A DNA stretch of 64,000 nucleotides. Origin: an uncultured Rivularia sp. (lineage in GTDB: Bacteria > Cyanobacteriota > Cyanobacteriia > Cyanobacteriales > Nostocaceae). Below are positions 34,637 to 45,700 of the stretch, one piece after another (the first letter of the stretch is position 1; each line of letters opens with the position of its first letter). Below the pieces are notes generated by a model. The model searched no databases. It was not told the DNA's origin and worked only from the letters and a program-made list of their open reading frames with translations. Both the position numbers and the translations under genes were made by a program. The stretch covers positions 5,792,001-5,856,000 of the forward strand of contig OY762007.1 in assembly GCA_963665115.1 (NCBI GenBank), read 5' to 3'.

Positions 34637-35425
34637 TTACTTTTGTGTATCTTTGTTTGTGGGTGCTGGATTTTCAGGTTTGGGATTAACCGTTACCCAG
34701 TCAAGAGAACGAATCGGCGGAAAAAGTTCTATTGTTGCTACTGATGCCGGAAGTCTCTTTAAATCTAATGATTTGATTTTTCCTATAGGTACGCCCGAAG
34801 GAAACTTGGAACTGTAAGTTGATGTCGCAACCACATCTCCGGGTTTTACGTTGGGAACTTTCTCATAAAATTCCAGCACCGCATCAGCAGAACCATCTCC
34901 TTGTAAAATACCTTTAGCTCCAGTGCGGCTGATATTCACTCCTACTTGTGAATTCATATCGCTGATTAATAAAACGCGGCTCGTATTGGGAGTTACGCTA
35001 TTTATCAACCCAACCAAACCACCTTCAGCCTTGACTATGTAACCTTCCTTTATTCCCATAAGGCTACCGCGATTCAAAGTCACCTGTTGCCACCAATTGT
35101 CTGCACTACGCCCAACCACGCGAGCCGGAATCGGAGGTGCATCTTTTGGCTCTTTTTGTACATACTTTAATAAAGCCTTAATATTCTTATTCTGGCTTTC
35201 TAATTCAACTATCCTAGCTTGCAGTTCCTGTACCTTAGCATCCTTCAGATATTGTTCTTGGTTGGGTTGGGTTTGGAATACTTCAAATGGACGAGTAATA
35301 CTATCGTAAAACTCAACTAAAACTTCACCATGAGTATGTCGAATTGCCAAAGCACCACCAGCGACTATTGCTAATAACCCGAACTGTAACCCCAAACGCT
35401 CCCACCAACGACGTGCAGTAAACAT
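34637..35425 (-). CDS. mreC: Rod shape-determining protein MreC
   Basis: TM helix plus coiled coil, ARVVGRS, GLVG, SRVLLISD and FPSGVPIG. Confidence 0.95.
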   Translation of the reverse strand: MFTARRWWERLGLQFGLLAIVAGGALAIRHTHGEVLVEFYDSITRPFEVFQTQPNQEQYLKDAKVQELQARIVELESQNKNIKALLKYVQKEPKDAPPIPARVVGRSADNWWQQVTLNRGSLMGIKEGYIVKAEGGLVGLINSVTPNTSRVLLISDMNSQVGVNISRTGAKGILQGDGSADAVLEFYEKVPNVKPGDVVATSTYSSKFPSGVPIGKIKSLDLKRLPASVATIELFPPIRSLDWVTVNPKPENPAPTNKDTQK

Positions 35426-35522
35426 ATAAACCTTTGTATAACAGAAAGTTTTCTTAATATTTTTAATAGAAAGATATTGAATTCTATTTAGAATCCAATA
35501 TCTTATATAGCGATCGCCTTCC

Positions 35523-36566
35523 CTACATATTTCGAGAACGTGCGCTGAATACCCGTTCCAATTGCTTGAAATTTTCTAACACGCGGCCAGTACCCAAAAC
35601 CACACAGCTTAAAGGATCGGCGGCAACGTGCGTTACAATGCCCGTTTCATGACTGATCAAAGTATCTATACCCTTGAGCAAAGCACCACCACCAGCAAGC
35701 ATAATGCCCCGATCGATAATATCTGCTGCTAATTCTGGAGGTGTGCGCTCTAAAGTCCGCTTCACTGCTTCAATAATAACTGAAAGCGGTTCGGCCATAC
35801 TTTCACGAATTTCTGGTCCTTTAATTGTTACCGTTCTTGGCAAACCAGAAAGCAGATGCAAACCTCTAACTTCCATGATTGCTTCTTCATCATCATGAGT
35901 AGGATAGGCAGAACCGATACGAATCTTGATATCTTCTGCTGTACGTTCCCCAATCACCAGGTTATGAACTTTCTTCATATACCCAATGATTGATTCGGTT
36001 AATTCATCCCCAGCAATACGTACTGATTCGCTCAGTACAGTACCTTGAAGACTCAATACTGCAACTTCAGTGGTACCACCACCAATATCAATAATCATGT
36101 TACCAGTAGGTTCGGCTACCGGCAGTCCCGCTCCAATGGCTGCTGCTACAGGTTCATCGATTAAATAAACCTCTCTTGCCCCTGCTTGAGAAGCAGCATC
36201 CATTACAGCCCTTCTTTCAACCCCAGTCACGCCGCTGGGGATACCAATTACAATCCTGGGTAAAACTAAAGATTTACCTTCGTTTACGCGCTGAATAAAA
36301 TGCTTCAGCATTAGCTCGGCAGTATCAAAGTCAGCAATTACACCATCGCGCAAAGGACGCAAGGCAATCACATTTCCGGGAGTCCTACCGAGCATTTTCT
36401 TAGCATCTTCTCCCACAGCCAGCGCTACCTTTTCGTTTTGATCGATGGCAACAACTGACGGCTCTTGAAGTACAATGCCTTTACCAGAAACATAAACGAG
36501 AGTGTTGGCAGTACCCAGATCGATACCCATATCCCGCGACAAGGAAAACTTACTGAAAAGACCCAC
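35523..36566 (-). CDS. mreB: Rod shape-determining protein MreB
   Basis: GIDLGTANT, DIGGGTTE and LAGGGALL motifs. Confidence 0.98.
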   Translation of the reverse strand: MGLFSKFSLSRDMGIDLGTANTLVYVSGKGIVLQEPSVVAIDQNEKVALAVGEDAKKMLGRTPGNVIALRPLRDGVIADFDTAELMLKHFIQRVNEGKSLVLPRIVIGIPSGVTGVERRAVMDAASQAGAREVYLIDEPVAAAIGAGLPVAEPTGNMIIDIGGGTTEVAVLSLQGTVLSESVRIAGDELTESIIGYMKKVHNLVIGERTAEDIKIRIGSAYPTHDDEEAIMEVRGLHLLSGLPRTVTIKGPEIRESMAEPLSVIIEAVKRTLERTPPELAADIIDRGIMLAGGGALLKGIDTLISHETGIVTHVAADPLSCVVLGTGRVLENFKQLERVFSARSRNM

Positions 36567-36898
36567 GCGCTTTTACGCCCCCTATTCTCGTTACTTTTTA
36601 CAACGTCCGAAATACCGAATCGTGCTGGATTCTATTATTTTTTTTGACCTGAGTCTAGTAAAGCAGATTAACTTTTGATATATCTTTTCCGAATCTTTAC
36701 CATGTTCGGGTCCCTTTAAATTTTATATTCCTAGTCTCGGTAAACTTATCAGTATGCTTTTGTAATTAAAGCATAGTTATTTCTATCATCTATTTGGTAA
36801 TTTTCGTTGTCTATTATTTAACACTACGTCAAATGTGTTGTAATCCGCTATTATATTAATCAATATCTCAAAGTACACCCGTACTAAAAGTAAAACAT

Positions 36899-37258
36899 AT
36901 GAGTATTAATGTTGTTCACCTTGTCGGTCGTGTAGGCACCGACCCCGACATGAAGTATTTTGATTCGGGTAATGTTAAGTGTCGATTAACACTAGCAGTT
37001 GATCGTCGTAGAAAAGACAGCGGCCCTGACTGGTTTAACCTGGAGCTATGGGGAAAAACGGCAGAGATTGCCAATAGTTACGTGCGTAAAGGTAAACAAA
37101 TTGCCGTCAGAGGTTCCTTAAAGCTCGATAGCTGGAACGACCGCTCCACAGGGGTACTTCGTTCTTCGCCAGTTGTAAATGTAGACGACCTACAGTTGTT
37201 AGGTTCCAAGAGAGATTCCGAAGCTGAGATGATCAATAACGATCCGGAACATTTTTAA
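36899..37258 (+). CDS. ssb: Single-stranded DNA-binding protein
   Basis: INVVHLVGRVGTDP, WFNLELWGKTAE and acidic tail ending in F. Confidence 0.95.
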   Translation: MSINVVHLVGRVGTDPDMKYFDSGNVKCRLTLAVDRRRKDSGPDWFNLELWGKTAEIANSYVRKGKQIAVRGSLKLDSWNDRSTGVLRSSPVVNVDDLQLLGSKRDSEAEMINNDPEHF

Positions 37259-37279
37259 TTCATGTTCCTTAGTAGTTAG

Positions 37280-37410
37280 TAGTATTCCACCACATTAATT
37301 CTGCTGGGTAATAAAAATGTAGTGGGAGCGTCTCGCTCCCTTGTTACAACCAGCGAGCTTTCCGGCTCGTGCTCCCCGATACCTCTGAGAACTTATGTGA
37401 TGGAGTGCAA
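37280..37410. mobile_element. MITE-like element carrying a GTAGTGGGAGCGTCTCGCTCCC hairpin (copy 1)
   Basis: Ends TAGTATTCCACCACATTAAT / ACTTATGTGATGGAGTGCAA; homologous to 54834-55003; followed by an (ACTAACA)n STRR. Confidence 0.7.
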
Positions 37411-37445
37411 CTAACCACTAACAACTAACAACTAACAACTAACAA

Positions 37446-38189
37446 TTAATAACTAATTTGCAAAGTAACAGATGCTCCCACTTCTTGCTCTCCACCAACT
37501 ACAGGAGTGGGTGCAGCTTCTGCCATTGCTGCTGCGGGAACCGATCTCCGATATACAACTGGTTGCGGTACAGAAGCATTATTAACTTTAATTTGAACTA
37601 TTTCTTTCGACGTTAAACCCAAGCTAGAGAAAACTGCCTTGGCTTGTGTTTGAGCGTCTTGAGTCGCTTCTTTGAGTGCTTGTTGTCGTGCTTGAGTTAT
37701 TTCTTCGTCGGTAGCGACAAAACTAACGCTGTTAATTCGCGTTGCGCCAGCTTTTATTGCTTCATCCAACAATTTACCTGCCATGTCGGTATTAACGCGG
37801 AAACTGACGATATTTGTAGCTTCGTAACCCTCAATTTTCCGTACATTGTCTTTATAACTGTACGTTGGATTAAGCCGAATGCCTGTGGTTTCTAATTTAT
37901 CTACATTCCGCGACTTGAGTAGCGTTACTACAGCATTGGACTTACGAGCTGCTTCTTGCTGTACGCTCGACGGTGCTTTACCTTGAACCTGCACTCCCAA
38001 ACTCACTTCAGACAAACTTGTAGGAATTGTTTCTGTTCCTCGCCCGGTAACTGTTAATGTTCGTAACATTATTTTCTCTTCTGCCCAACCTGGTTGAACC
38101 GAAGCAAGGCTGATTAACAAGGCTATAGGTAAATTCCATAAACTTTTGTAAGTCTGAAATTTATCGCCGAATAATTTTGTTTTATTCAT
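37446..38189 (-). CDS. SIMPL / DUF541 periplasmic protein
   Basis: Signal peptide; RTLTVTGRG, LLDEAIKAGATRINSVSF and terminal ASVTLQISY. Confidence 0.92.
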   Translation of the reverse strand: MNKTKLFGDKFQTYKSLWNLPIALLISLASVQPGWAEEKIMLRTLTVTGRGTETIPTSLSEVSLGVQVQGKAPSSVQQEAARKSNAVVTLLKSRNVDKLETTGIRLNPTYSYKDNVRKIEGYEATNIVSFRVNTDMAGKLLDEAIKAGATRINSVSFVATDEEITQARQQALKEATQDAQTQAKAVFSSLGLTSKEIVQIKVNNASVPQPVVYRRSVPAAAMAEAAPTPVVGGEQEVGASVTLQISY

Positions 38190-38456
38190 AGTATTTTGAC
38201 TCCTAATTAAATTATTTTCTTGTGATATCTTCCCTGAGTATTTACTCAATTTGAATGTTCCTGTGAAGGTCAATTAGCTTTGAAAAAATAAAAATGTAGC
38301 TTGTACAGAAAAAGATTTATGATTTGATTTAATGACAAATTACTAAGTAGATTGATTTTAAAAGTTGGTACTTACCTAAACCATATTTTTCGGTAAACGC
38401 TCAAGTGTTAGTGCGGCGATCGCCTACCCTCTTAATATAAATAACAAATTAAATTG

Positions 38457-38510
38457 TTCCCTATTCCCTATTCCCTATTCCCTATTCCCCATTCCCCATT
38501 CCCTATTCCC
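38457..38510. repeat. STRR heptamer (TTCCCTA/TTCCCCA)n
   Basis: About seven tandem copies. Confidence 0.9.
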
Positions 38511-38549
38511 TCTCAACAAATTGTTCTATTAATCAAACTGGATTGCTAT

Positions 38550-38960
38550 ATGAATTGGTTGCTGAAAACCGAACCTAACGAGTATTCTTATACCGACTTA
38601 GAAAAAGAAAATATTGCGGTATGGGATGGAGTCAAAAATGCTCTTGCTTTAAAAAATATGCGTACAATGCTTCCAGGAGAAGAAGTATTCATTTATCACA
38701 CTGGTAAAGAGCGCAGAATTGTGGGAGTTGCACAAGTCGCCAATACTGCGTATCCCGATCCTAAATTAACTGATACCAAGAGATTAGTTATAGACATACG
38801 AGCAGTTCGGAAATTGCCAGAGCCTATTACTTTAGCGCAAATAAAGCAAGACGAAAAATTTGCAGGTTTTGAATTAATACGCTTACCAAGACTATCAATA
38901 GTTCCAGTTTTACCCCAATATTGGCAGCGCTTGTTAGAAATGGCAGGTAGTTCAAGCTGA
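38550..38960 (+). CDS. EVE domain protein
   Basis: WLLKTEP, WDGVKN, FIYHTG, YPDP and RLSIVPV motifs. Confidence 0.93.
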   Translation: MNWLLKTEPNEYSYTDLEKENIAVWDGVKNALALKNMRTMLPGEEVFIYHTGKERRIVGVAQVANTAYPDPKLTDTKRLVIDIRAVRKLPEPITLAQIKQDEKFAGFELIRLPRLSIVPVLPQYWQRLLEMAGSSS

Positions 38961-38973
38961 TTTTGACATAAAG

Positions 38974-39101
38974 GCGTTAAGCCTTAGCGGAGCGTGTCCG
39001 GAGGACATAAGAGATAGCTCTACCGAAGGTAATCGCACGGTTGAAGCGTTTTCAATTAGACTGTTCCCGGCGATTACCTTCGGTAGAGCTTCGCTTAACG
39101 C
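38974..39101. mobile_element. Two small elements inserted in HIP1 sites in opposite orientation (SDR5-like)
   Basis: GCGAT-[TACCTTCGGTAGAGCTTCGCTTAA]-CGC at 39070-39101; GCG-[TTAAGC..insert..AGCTCTACCGAAGGTA]-ATCGC at 38974-39036. Confidence 0.8.
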
Positions 39102-40175
39102 TTAATCGTTTAATTATGACAACTAATTATGACAACTTTCCTGATTGGAGTTGCAATCGCAGGTAAAGTTATCACAGGTTTTAATGTTTTCAATCAATCT
39201 CAAATCACGTTATTGAAGTGGGATTACTGCTTAAGAGAATTGAAACCGATACTCTGTGGTATTACGGTAAAATTCCTCAACAAGCAGCTAGAAGCATTGC
39301 TGAAATTGCTTTAAAACCTTGCTGCTTGAGTTCTCTTAACTAGCAATAAAGGCTCTGCCTGGATTCTATAAGAACACAAGCGCCCATCTGAGGCATAAAG
39401 AGTCGGTTAATTGTTTTGGTTCCAAGCATCGTTAGTTGCTAAGAAGCAAATAATTTGACTTGGCTTTGTTCGAGAAGCAACAATTAAAAAATCTCCAACT
39501 TCGCTGCGATGTCAATAACTGTAAATCTTATAACTAAAAATTGTGACAGATATAAGTAAAATCTCATTGAATATTGTTCAACTAAGCATTTTCACTTCAG
39601 TGAACGAGTCATAAAATTATTTATGTTGTGATTACTTATTATACATGCGGGAAACTTCCTTATTAAAATCTCCGTCCCCTAAGCAGCAGTAGTTTTTTAG
39701 AATTTGTAAAATCAGCTGCTTGAATATTTATTCAACTCCTGCATCTCACCATCTTATTTTAAAGCTGATAATTCTAACAGGCGTGCATAAATTACCGCTT
39801 CAGCAAACTACATTTCACAAATACCATTTTCCCAAATCAAGTGTTTTGACTAGTATTAACTGCAATAGTTAATTCTAGTAATCTTGTTGTGGGTGTGATT
39901 ATTATGCTCTATATGATACGTAGATTTCTCTCGCCACAAGGACATACAAGAATTATTTCTTATGCTAGAATTTCTTGCCAACAGCTAATTACGTCTTTTC
40001 TAAGAAGCATTTTCTATTGTGGGCGTATATTAGTAAAAAAATGTCTGCCCTGGGAAGCACCGTTGGTAACATACTTATCTTTAATAAAAGTTCTCGCTTA
40101 GATGATATGAGCAAGAACTGAAACTTTTTAGCGATTATAACCGCTCTATCAAAATGCGACTTAGGAGAAAGCACC

Positions 40176-42116
40176 TTGAAACTACACTGGTTAATACCTG
40201 GGACTTTTTTAACTGTCTCCCTGTTATCGTCGCCTGCGGATGCAGCAAAACTAAAATCTTGGGATTTTGACGCTAATCAAAACAGCCTAGAATTTAATAC
40301 TGATGCTGCTGTACAACCAAAGGCACAACTAATTTTTAGCCCAACTCGCGTGGTAATTGATTTACCCGGAGTTGAATTCGGTCGTCCGCAGCTTAAAAAA
40401 CCTGTAGGTGGTGCTATCAAGACTGTCCGTATCGGTCAATTCGACCCCAAAACTACACGTATGGTGGTTGAATTAAGCCCCGGCTATACATTAGACCCAA
40501 ATCAAATCAAATTTGAAGGAATAAGTCCGAGTCGTTGGAAGGTAAAATTACCGCAACCGCAACTTGAGAAAGCACAAGTTGAGGAAAAATCTATCTACAG
40601 CGTAGTGCGAACCGGCAATACCACACCAAGCAATACGTCTAACAGCGTAGTACGAACCAGCAATAGTCCACCTACTAATACATCTAATAGCAATCAAACG
40701 GTAATCAAAACTGCCCAAGGAACGGCTCAAATCGAAAGAGTACTTCCCACGGGTGATGGTTTTTTTGTACGTACAAGTGGTGGTAAACCATCTGGGGTAA
40801 GAGTTTACCGCATCGGCAAAAAATTTATCAATGTAGATATTTCTGGAGCCAGATTATCCTCTAGCTTACCGCGCAACGAATTTCCCATGAATCGTTTTGG
40901 TGTAAAGGGAGTTGAATTCAAGCAAGTAAGCTCAACAACTGCTCGTATTACTTTGCGGGTAAACCAAAATAGCCCTAATTGGCGAGCTTCAGTTAGCAGT
41001 TTTGGTGGTGTAGTGCTGCTACCTAATGGTTCGGTTAGCAATTTGCCTACAAACAGCAACCCTAGCCCAGTGATAAATCAACCGATATCTTCTCCGCCGC
41101 CAGTTGCTTCAATTAGTACATCTTCTGTAGCTGAAATTAAATCCGTTGAATTGGAAGACAACGGTAAAAAATTAGTTGTTAAAGCGAACAAATCTTTATC
41201 TGGAAGCACCAGTGGTTGGGATAAAACTACTGCAATGTACCGAATTCTGATTCCCAATGCTCGCTTAGCACCCTCTGTAAAAGGCCCAGATTTTAAACCC
41301 AACAGTTCGGTTTTGCGGGTACGTATGCGACAGCAAAATGCAAATACTGTTGCTATCTACGTTTTGCCAGCATCTCAAGTCAGTTTCGGCAGACTTAATG
41401 TTCGAGGAGATAAATTATCATTATTGTTGCAGCGTAGTACTAATGCAGTCAGGCCGCCAGTTGTTTTACCTCCCATTCCACGACCAAATCCAGTTGCGGG
41501 TGCCAAACCTAGACCTGTACCTGTTCCGGCTCCTGCTAAGCCTAAGCCAAATCCAGCGCCAAGACCGGCTCCTACTGGACGAATAGTAGTTATGATTGAC
41601 CCCGGACATGGCGGTAAAGATCCAGGTGCAATTGGTATTGGTGGGCTGCGAGAAAAAGACGTAATCTTACCTATCAGTAAAAAAGTTGCTGAAATACTGC
41701 GGAAAAATGGAGTTAACGCAGTACTCACCCGTAACACTGACTATTTTGTCAGCTTAAAAGGTCGAGTCGTCATGTCTGAAAGACGCGATGCCGATCTATT
41801 TGTCAGCATCCATGCCAATTCTATGGGTTTAAGTCGTCCCGATATTAACGGTTTGGAAGTTTATTACTACAACAGCGGTAAAAGACTCGCCGATGCTGTT
41901 CGTAAGGGCATTACTCGAAAGGTCAAAATTAGAGACCGAGGAATACGACGAGCTAGATTTTACGTACTTCGCAAAACTTCGATGCCAGCAATTTTGGTAG
42001 AAACTGGTTATGTTACGGGTAGAGAGGATGCCGCGAAACTAAAACAAACTTCGTTCCGAAATCAAATGGCAGAAGGAATTGCCGATGGAATTCTTCGGTA
42101 TCTGAAACGTAGGTAA
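40176..42116 (+). CDS. amiC1: N-acetylmuramoyl-L-alanine amidase AmiC1 (AMIN domains plus Amidase_3)
   Basis: RBS AGGAGA before a TTG start, signal peptide, PTRVVIDLPG, IDPGHGG, FVSIHAN and AILVETG; first gene of a tandem pair. Confidence 0.9.
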   Translation: MKLHWLIPGTFLTVSLLSSPADAAKLKSWDFDANQNSLEFNTDAAVQPKAQLIFSPTRVVIDLPGVEFGRPQLKKPVGGAIKTVRIGQFDPKTTRMVVELSPGYTLDPNQIKFEGISPSRWKVKLPQPQLEKAQVEEKSIYSVVRTGNTTPSNTSNSVVRTSNSPPTNTSNSNQTVIKTAQGTAQIERVLPTGDGFFVRTSGGKPSGVRVYRIGKKFINVDISGARLSSSLPRNEFPMNRFGVKGVEFKQVSSTTARITLRVNQNSPNWRASVSSFGGVVLLPNGSVSNLPTNSNPSPVINQPISSPPPVASISTSSVAEIKSVELEDNGKKLVVKANKSLSGSTSGWDKTTAMYRILIPNARLAPSVKGPDFKPNSSVLRVRMRQQNANTVAIYVLPASQVSFGRLNVRGDKLSLLLQRSTNAVRPPVVLPPIPRPNPVAGAKPRPVPVPAPAKPKPNPAPRPAPTGRIVVMIDPGHGGKDPGAIGIGGLREKDVILPISKKVAEILRKNGVNAVLTRNTDYFVSLKGRVVMSERRDADLFVSIHANSMGLSRPDINGLEVYYYNSGKRLADAVRKGITRKVKIRDRGIRRARFYVLRKTSMPAILVETGYVTGREDAAKLKQTSFRNQMAEGIADGILRYLKRR

Positions 42117-42205
42117 AAATATATAAATGAATTACAAGCAGTGAGTAAAGTTGGGTAAATTTACTCATCAAAAATTGTCATCCTAAATCGAAAAGAGCGG
42201 TTATT

Positions 42206-42252
42206 ATGGGGGAATTATTGTTCGGAAGCGAGCAATAATTCCCCCATTTTTT
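42206..42252 (+). terminator. Intrinsic terminator after amiC1
   Basis: ATGGGGGAATTATTG...CAATAATTCCCCCAT followed by a T run. Confidence 0.8.
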
Positions 42253-43440
42253 AATGTTTTGCCCGGACTTATCTTAGAATTGGCATCGGTCAAGTTGCCT
42301 TTAACAAAATATGCCGGTTGCGATAATTTTATTTAGGTCGAACCAAATAATGAATAAGAGTGCTATTCTAAGCTTCGGTCGCTGAAGATATGCTCTATTG
42401 GTTTTGTATTTTATCTGTATTTATATAGTCTCATATTTTATGTTCTGACTCAAGCTAAAAAAATAATCCTGCTTATAAAATTTATTTCATATATAATTTA
42501 CGCCAATATTTACCATTAGTTTAAGTATTCTATTCATGAAAATCTCCTAAAAGTAAAAAAAGGCTCGCGTAATTTACCTTCAATCAAACTATCGACAAAG
42601 TTGAGCGGGAACGAAGATTCAAACTTCAACAAATAAATCGTCTGCTTCTGTATAGATAAGCTTTCATTGTGCAATCGAATTCAGTTTTACCCAACAGGAT
42701 GCAGCAATGGCAGTAGCTTTTTTCTCCTTAAAACCAATAGATAAGAAGAATTATCGATTGTCTGTAAACTAAGGCACCCTAAGAAGGCAATCGGATGCTT
42801 GTACAATTAGAGAATGCCGGAATTATCTTCGCGATCGCTCGTTCGCTCGAAGTTTAATCTAAAATCTAAACTCTATGGGTCGTTACGGTCAATATTATTT
42901 TTTGTAAATTGGGGAACATTTTCTCTCAAAAATACGATCGGGAAGCTTCTGCGGCATTGTAAAATTCCAGACGCATATTGAGACTTTATAAGCCTATTTT
43001 AGGATTAAAACCAAGCCAACCTAGAACTACTTAAATATAAATCTATCGATCGGAATTCGGATATGGGAGCAACAAGCACGTTTTAAATAACTACATTTTT
43101 GATCTACACCACTCCTAACATTCAAATGACACATCATTAGTATAAAGAAAGGATCTGACTGCTAAGTTAAACTTTAACTCCGCCAGATGTTGGTATAATC
43201 AAATGCTAAAAAACGTGGCTAATGATGTCTTTGAGGCAGATTATAGGAAAAGCTTCATGCTAAGGTTAATGCGATTAACAATGTCTTTGTTGAAGATAAA
43301 TTATTCGCTACAATGCTTGCGGTATAGTCGTCCACAAAATTGTCTTTGGCTTCCCCGGTTGTTAAATATTCAAGCATGAAGCAAAACACACTTTTACACA
43401 TTAATAGTTATCAATAAAATACCGATTAGGAGAAAACGCT

Positions 43441-45360
43441 GTGAAAATAAACTGGTTAGTATCTGGTACTACTTTTGTTTCTGTACTAATGCTATCGTCG
43501 CCCGCTCACGGCGCGAAACTGTCTTCCTGGCGTTTTAATGCCAATCAAAACAAATTAGAATTTCAAACTGATGGTGCAGTTCAACCCCAAGCACAATTAA
43601 TATTTAATCCTACTCGTTTAGTAATTGATTTACCAGGAACGACATTTGGGCGACCCCAGTTAACCGAGCCTGTAAGCGGTGGTGCGATTCGTTCTCTTCG
43701 TGTCGGACAATTTAACCCAAAAACAGCTCGTATAGTTGTCGAAATGAATAAGGGGTATACTCTTGACCCCGCTCAAGTCAAATTTATCGGTATAACTCCT
43801 AGCAAATGGACGGTACAGCTGCCTTCGCCAAAACCCGAAAAAAATGCTGTTTCTGCCAGAAGTGCTTACAGTTTTACCCCAGCATCTAACACCACACCAC
43901 CGAAAACAATAGCTGCTACCAATTCAAATGCAGCAACAAAAATAGAAAGTTTGCAAGTTACCGGAGACGGATTTTACCTGCGTACCAGCGGTGATAAACC
44001 CAAAATTAAAGTGAATCGCAGTCGAAACGGCAAGGAAATTAACGTAGATATTTCAGATGCGGCTTTAAGTTCGGCAGTTCAACAGGAGATATCGGTTAAC
44101 AAGCACTCGGTTAGCCGCGTTCAATTTAGCCAAGTTGATGGTAAATCCCCAGTTCTTCGCATGACTTTGCAGGTGGATAAAAATGCTCCCGATTGGCGAG
44201 CTGCCACCAGTGGTAATGATGGTTTAATAGTTCTACCTAATCGTCTGGGCAGTAGGTTATCCAGAGGTAGTAGTTCTAGTAACTCCAGCAGCGAGAATAG
44301 TTCTAGTTCTGATTCTTCTAATAAATCGGATTCATTTCCCCTTCCAGCAGTCCGAACTACAAGAAATAGAACAGCAACAATTGAATCTATCGAATTAGCC
44401 CCTGCCGGTACTCAATTACTAATTAGAGGAAATCAAAATCTTGAAGCTAGTGGTGGTTGGGATAGAAAATCCGGTTTGTATCGCATCACCGTTAACAATG
44501 CTAAATTGGCTCCTAAAGTTAAAGGTCCCAAATTTAGCGCCAGCAGCCCCATTCTACGAGTCAAATTGCAGCAAATTGCATCGGACAAAGTTGCTATCTT
44601 TGTTCAACCCGCATCTGGAGTACAAATTGGGGAACTAAATCAACTTAGCAATCAACTTTTATCCTTAGAATTACAGCGCAATCGTAGAGTTATACCTCCT
44701 ACAAATTCTAGAGGTTTACCACCCATATCTCGACCAATTCCCACACCTTCAGCGCGTCGTCCGATTATGACTCTTCCACGGACTAACCAGCCAACATTAG
44801 GGCGATCGCGAGTTCCGTCGGGTAGAGTTTCAGTAATTATTGACCCCGGACATGGTGGTAAAGATCCAGGTGCAATTGGTATCGGTGGACTGCGAGAAAA
44901 AGACGTTATTTTACCTATTAGTATAAGAGTTGCTCAAATTTTGCAGCAAAACGGAGTGCAAGCTGTACTTAGTCGCAATTCCGACTACTTTGTCAGCCTG
45001 AAAGGACGGGTAGACATGGCCGAACGAGGAAATGCCGATTTATTTGTTAGCATTCACGCTAATTCCGTCGGTATGAGTCGTCCGGATGTTAGTGGCTTAG
45101 AAGTTTACTATTACAGCAGCGGTTATAACCTTGCCCGAACTGTTCGTAGCGGTATCTTAAATTCTGTAAGTGTTAAAGATAGAGGAGTAAGAAAAGCCAG
45201 ATTTTACGTACTCAGAAAAACTTCTATGCCTGCAATTCTTGTGGAAACAGGTTATGTTACCGGACGGGAAGATGCACCAAAACTAGCTTCTCCACAATAT
45301 CGAGAGAAAATGGCACAAGGAATTGCTAATGGTATTCTCAGCTACATCAGAAGTCGATAA
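43441..45360 (+). CDS. amiC2: N-acetylmuramoyl-L-alanine amidase AmiC2 (HcwA-like)
   Basis: Same architecture as amiC1; RBS AGGAGA before a GTG start; directly upstream of murI. Confidence 0.9.
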   Translation: MKINWLVSGTTFVSVLMLSSPAHGAKLSSWRFNANQNKLEFQTDGAVQPQAQLIFNPTRLVIDLPGTTFGRPQLTEPVSGGAIRSLRVGQFNPKTARIVVEMNKGYTLDPAQVKFIGITPSKWTVQLPSPKPEKNAVSARSAYSFTPASNTTPPKTIAATNSNAATKIESLQVTGDGFYLRTSGDKPKIKVNRSRNGKEINVDISDAALSSAVQQEISVNKHSVSRVQFSQVDGKSPVLRMTLQVDKNAPDWRAATSGNDGLIVLPNRLGSRLSRGSSSSNSSSENSSSSDSSNKSDSFPLPAVRTTRNRTATIESIELAPAGTQLLIRGNQNLEASGGWDRKSGLYRITVNNAKLAPKVKGPKFSASSPILRVKLQQIASDKVAIFVQPASGVQIGELNQLSNQLLSLELQRNRRVIPPTNSRGLPPISRPIPTPSARRPIMTLPRTNQPTLGRSRVPSGRVSVIIDPGHGGKDPGAIGIGGLREKDVILPISIRVAQILQQNGVQAVLSRNSDYFVSLKGRVDMAERGNADLFVSIHANSVGMSRPDVSGLEVYYYSSGYNLARTVRSGILNSVSVKDRGVRKARFYVLRKTSMPAILVETGYVTGREDAPKLASPQYREKMAQGIANGILSYIRSR

Positions 45361-45700
45361 GTGCAGAACTTGAACGTAACAATAGCCGTGTCGTAGTATA
45401 TTTACTTAGATGCGGCGATTTTTATTTCTTCGATATTTCGCAGAAATAGAATTTTAATAGTTTCAAAATGAAAAAATAAAAAAAGTCAATCCAAAAATGT
45501 ATTATTAAATACTTAATTCGTCTTCTGCGGGCTATGGTATCTAATAGTACCTACGTTTAAGTAAAAAATATAGTAAAAATTTTAGAAGCGAGAAAGTTAG
45601 GATGTAAAATTCTCTTTCATGTCGGATTTAGTAATTCAAATCTTGAAGTTTCTTCTAAATCCTCCGTGCAAAATTCAAAAAATATTATCAAAATTTGCCT

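Noticed and set aside
45537..45550. NtcA box GTA-N8-TAC upstream of murI
   Set aside because: It matches only the minimal consensus with no -10 element at the usual ~22-nt spacing; expected by chance in AT-rich DNA.
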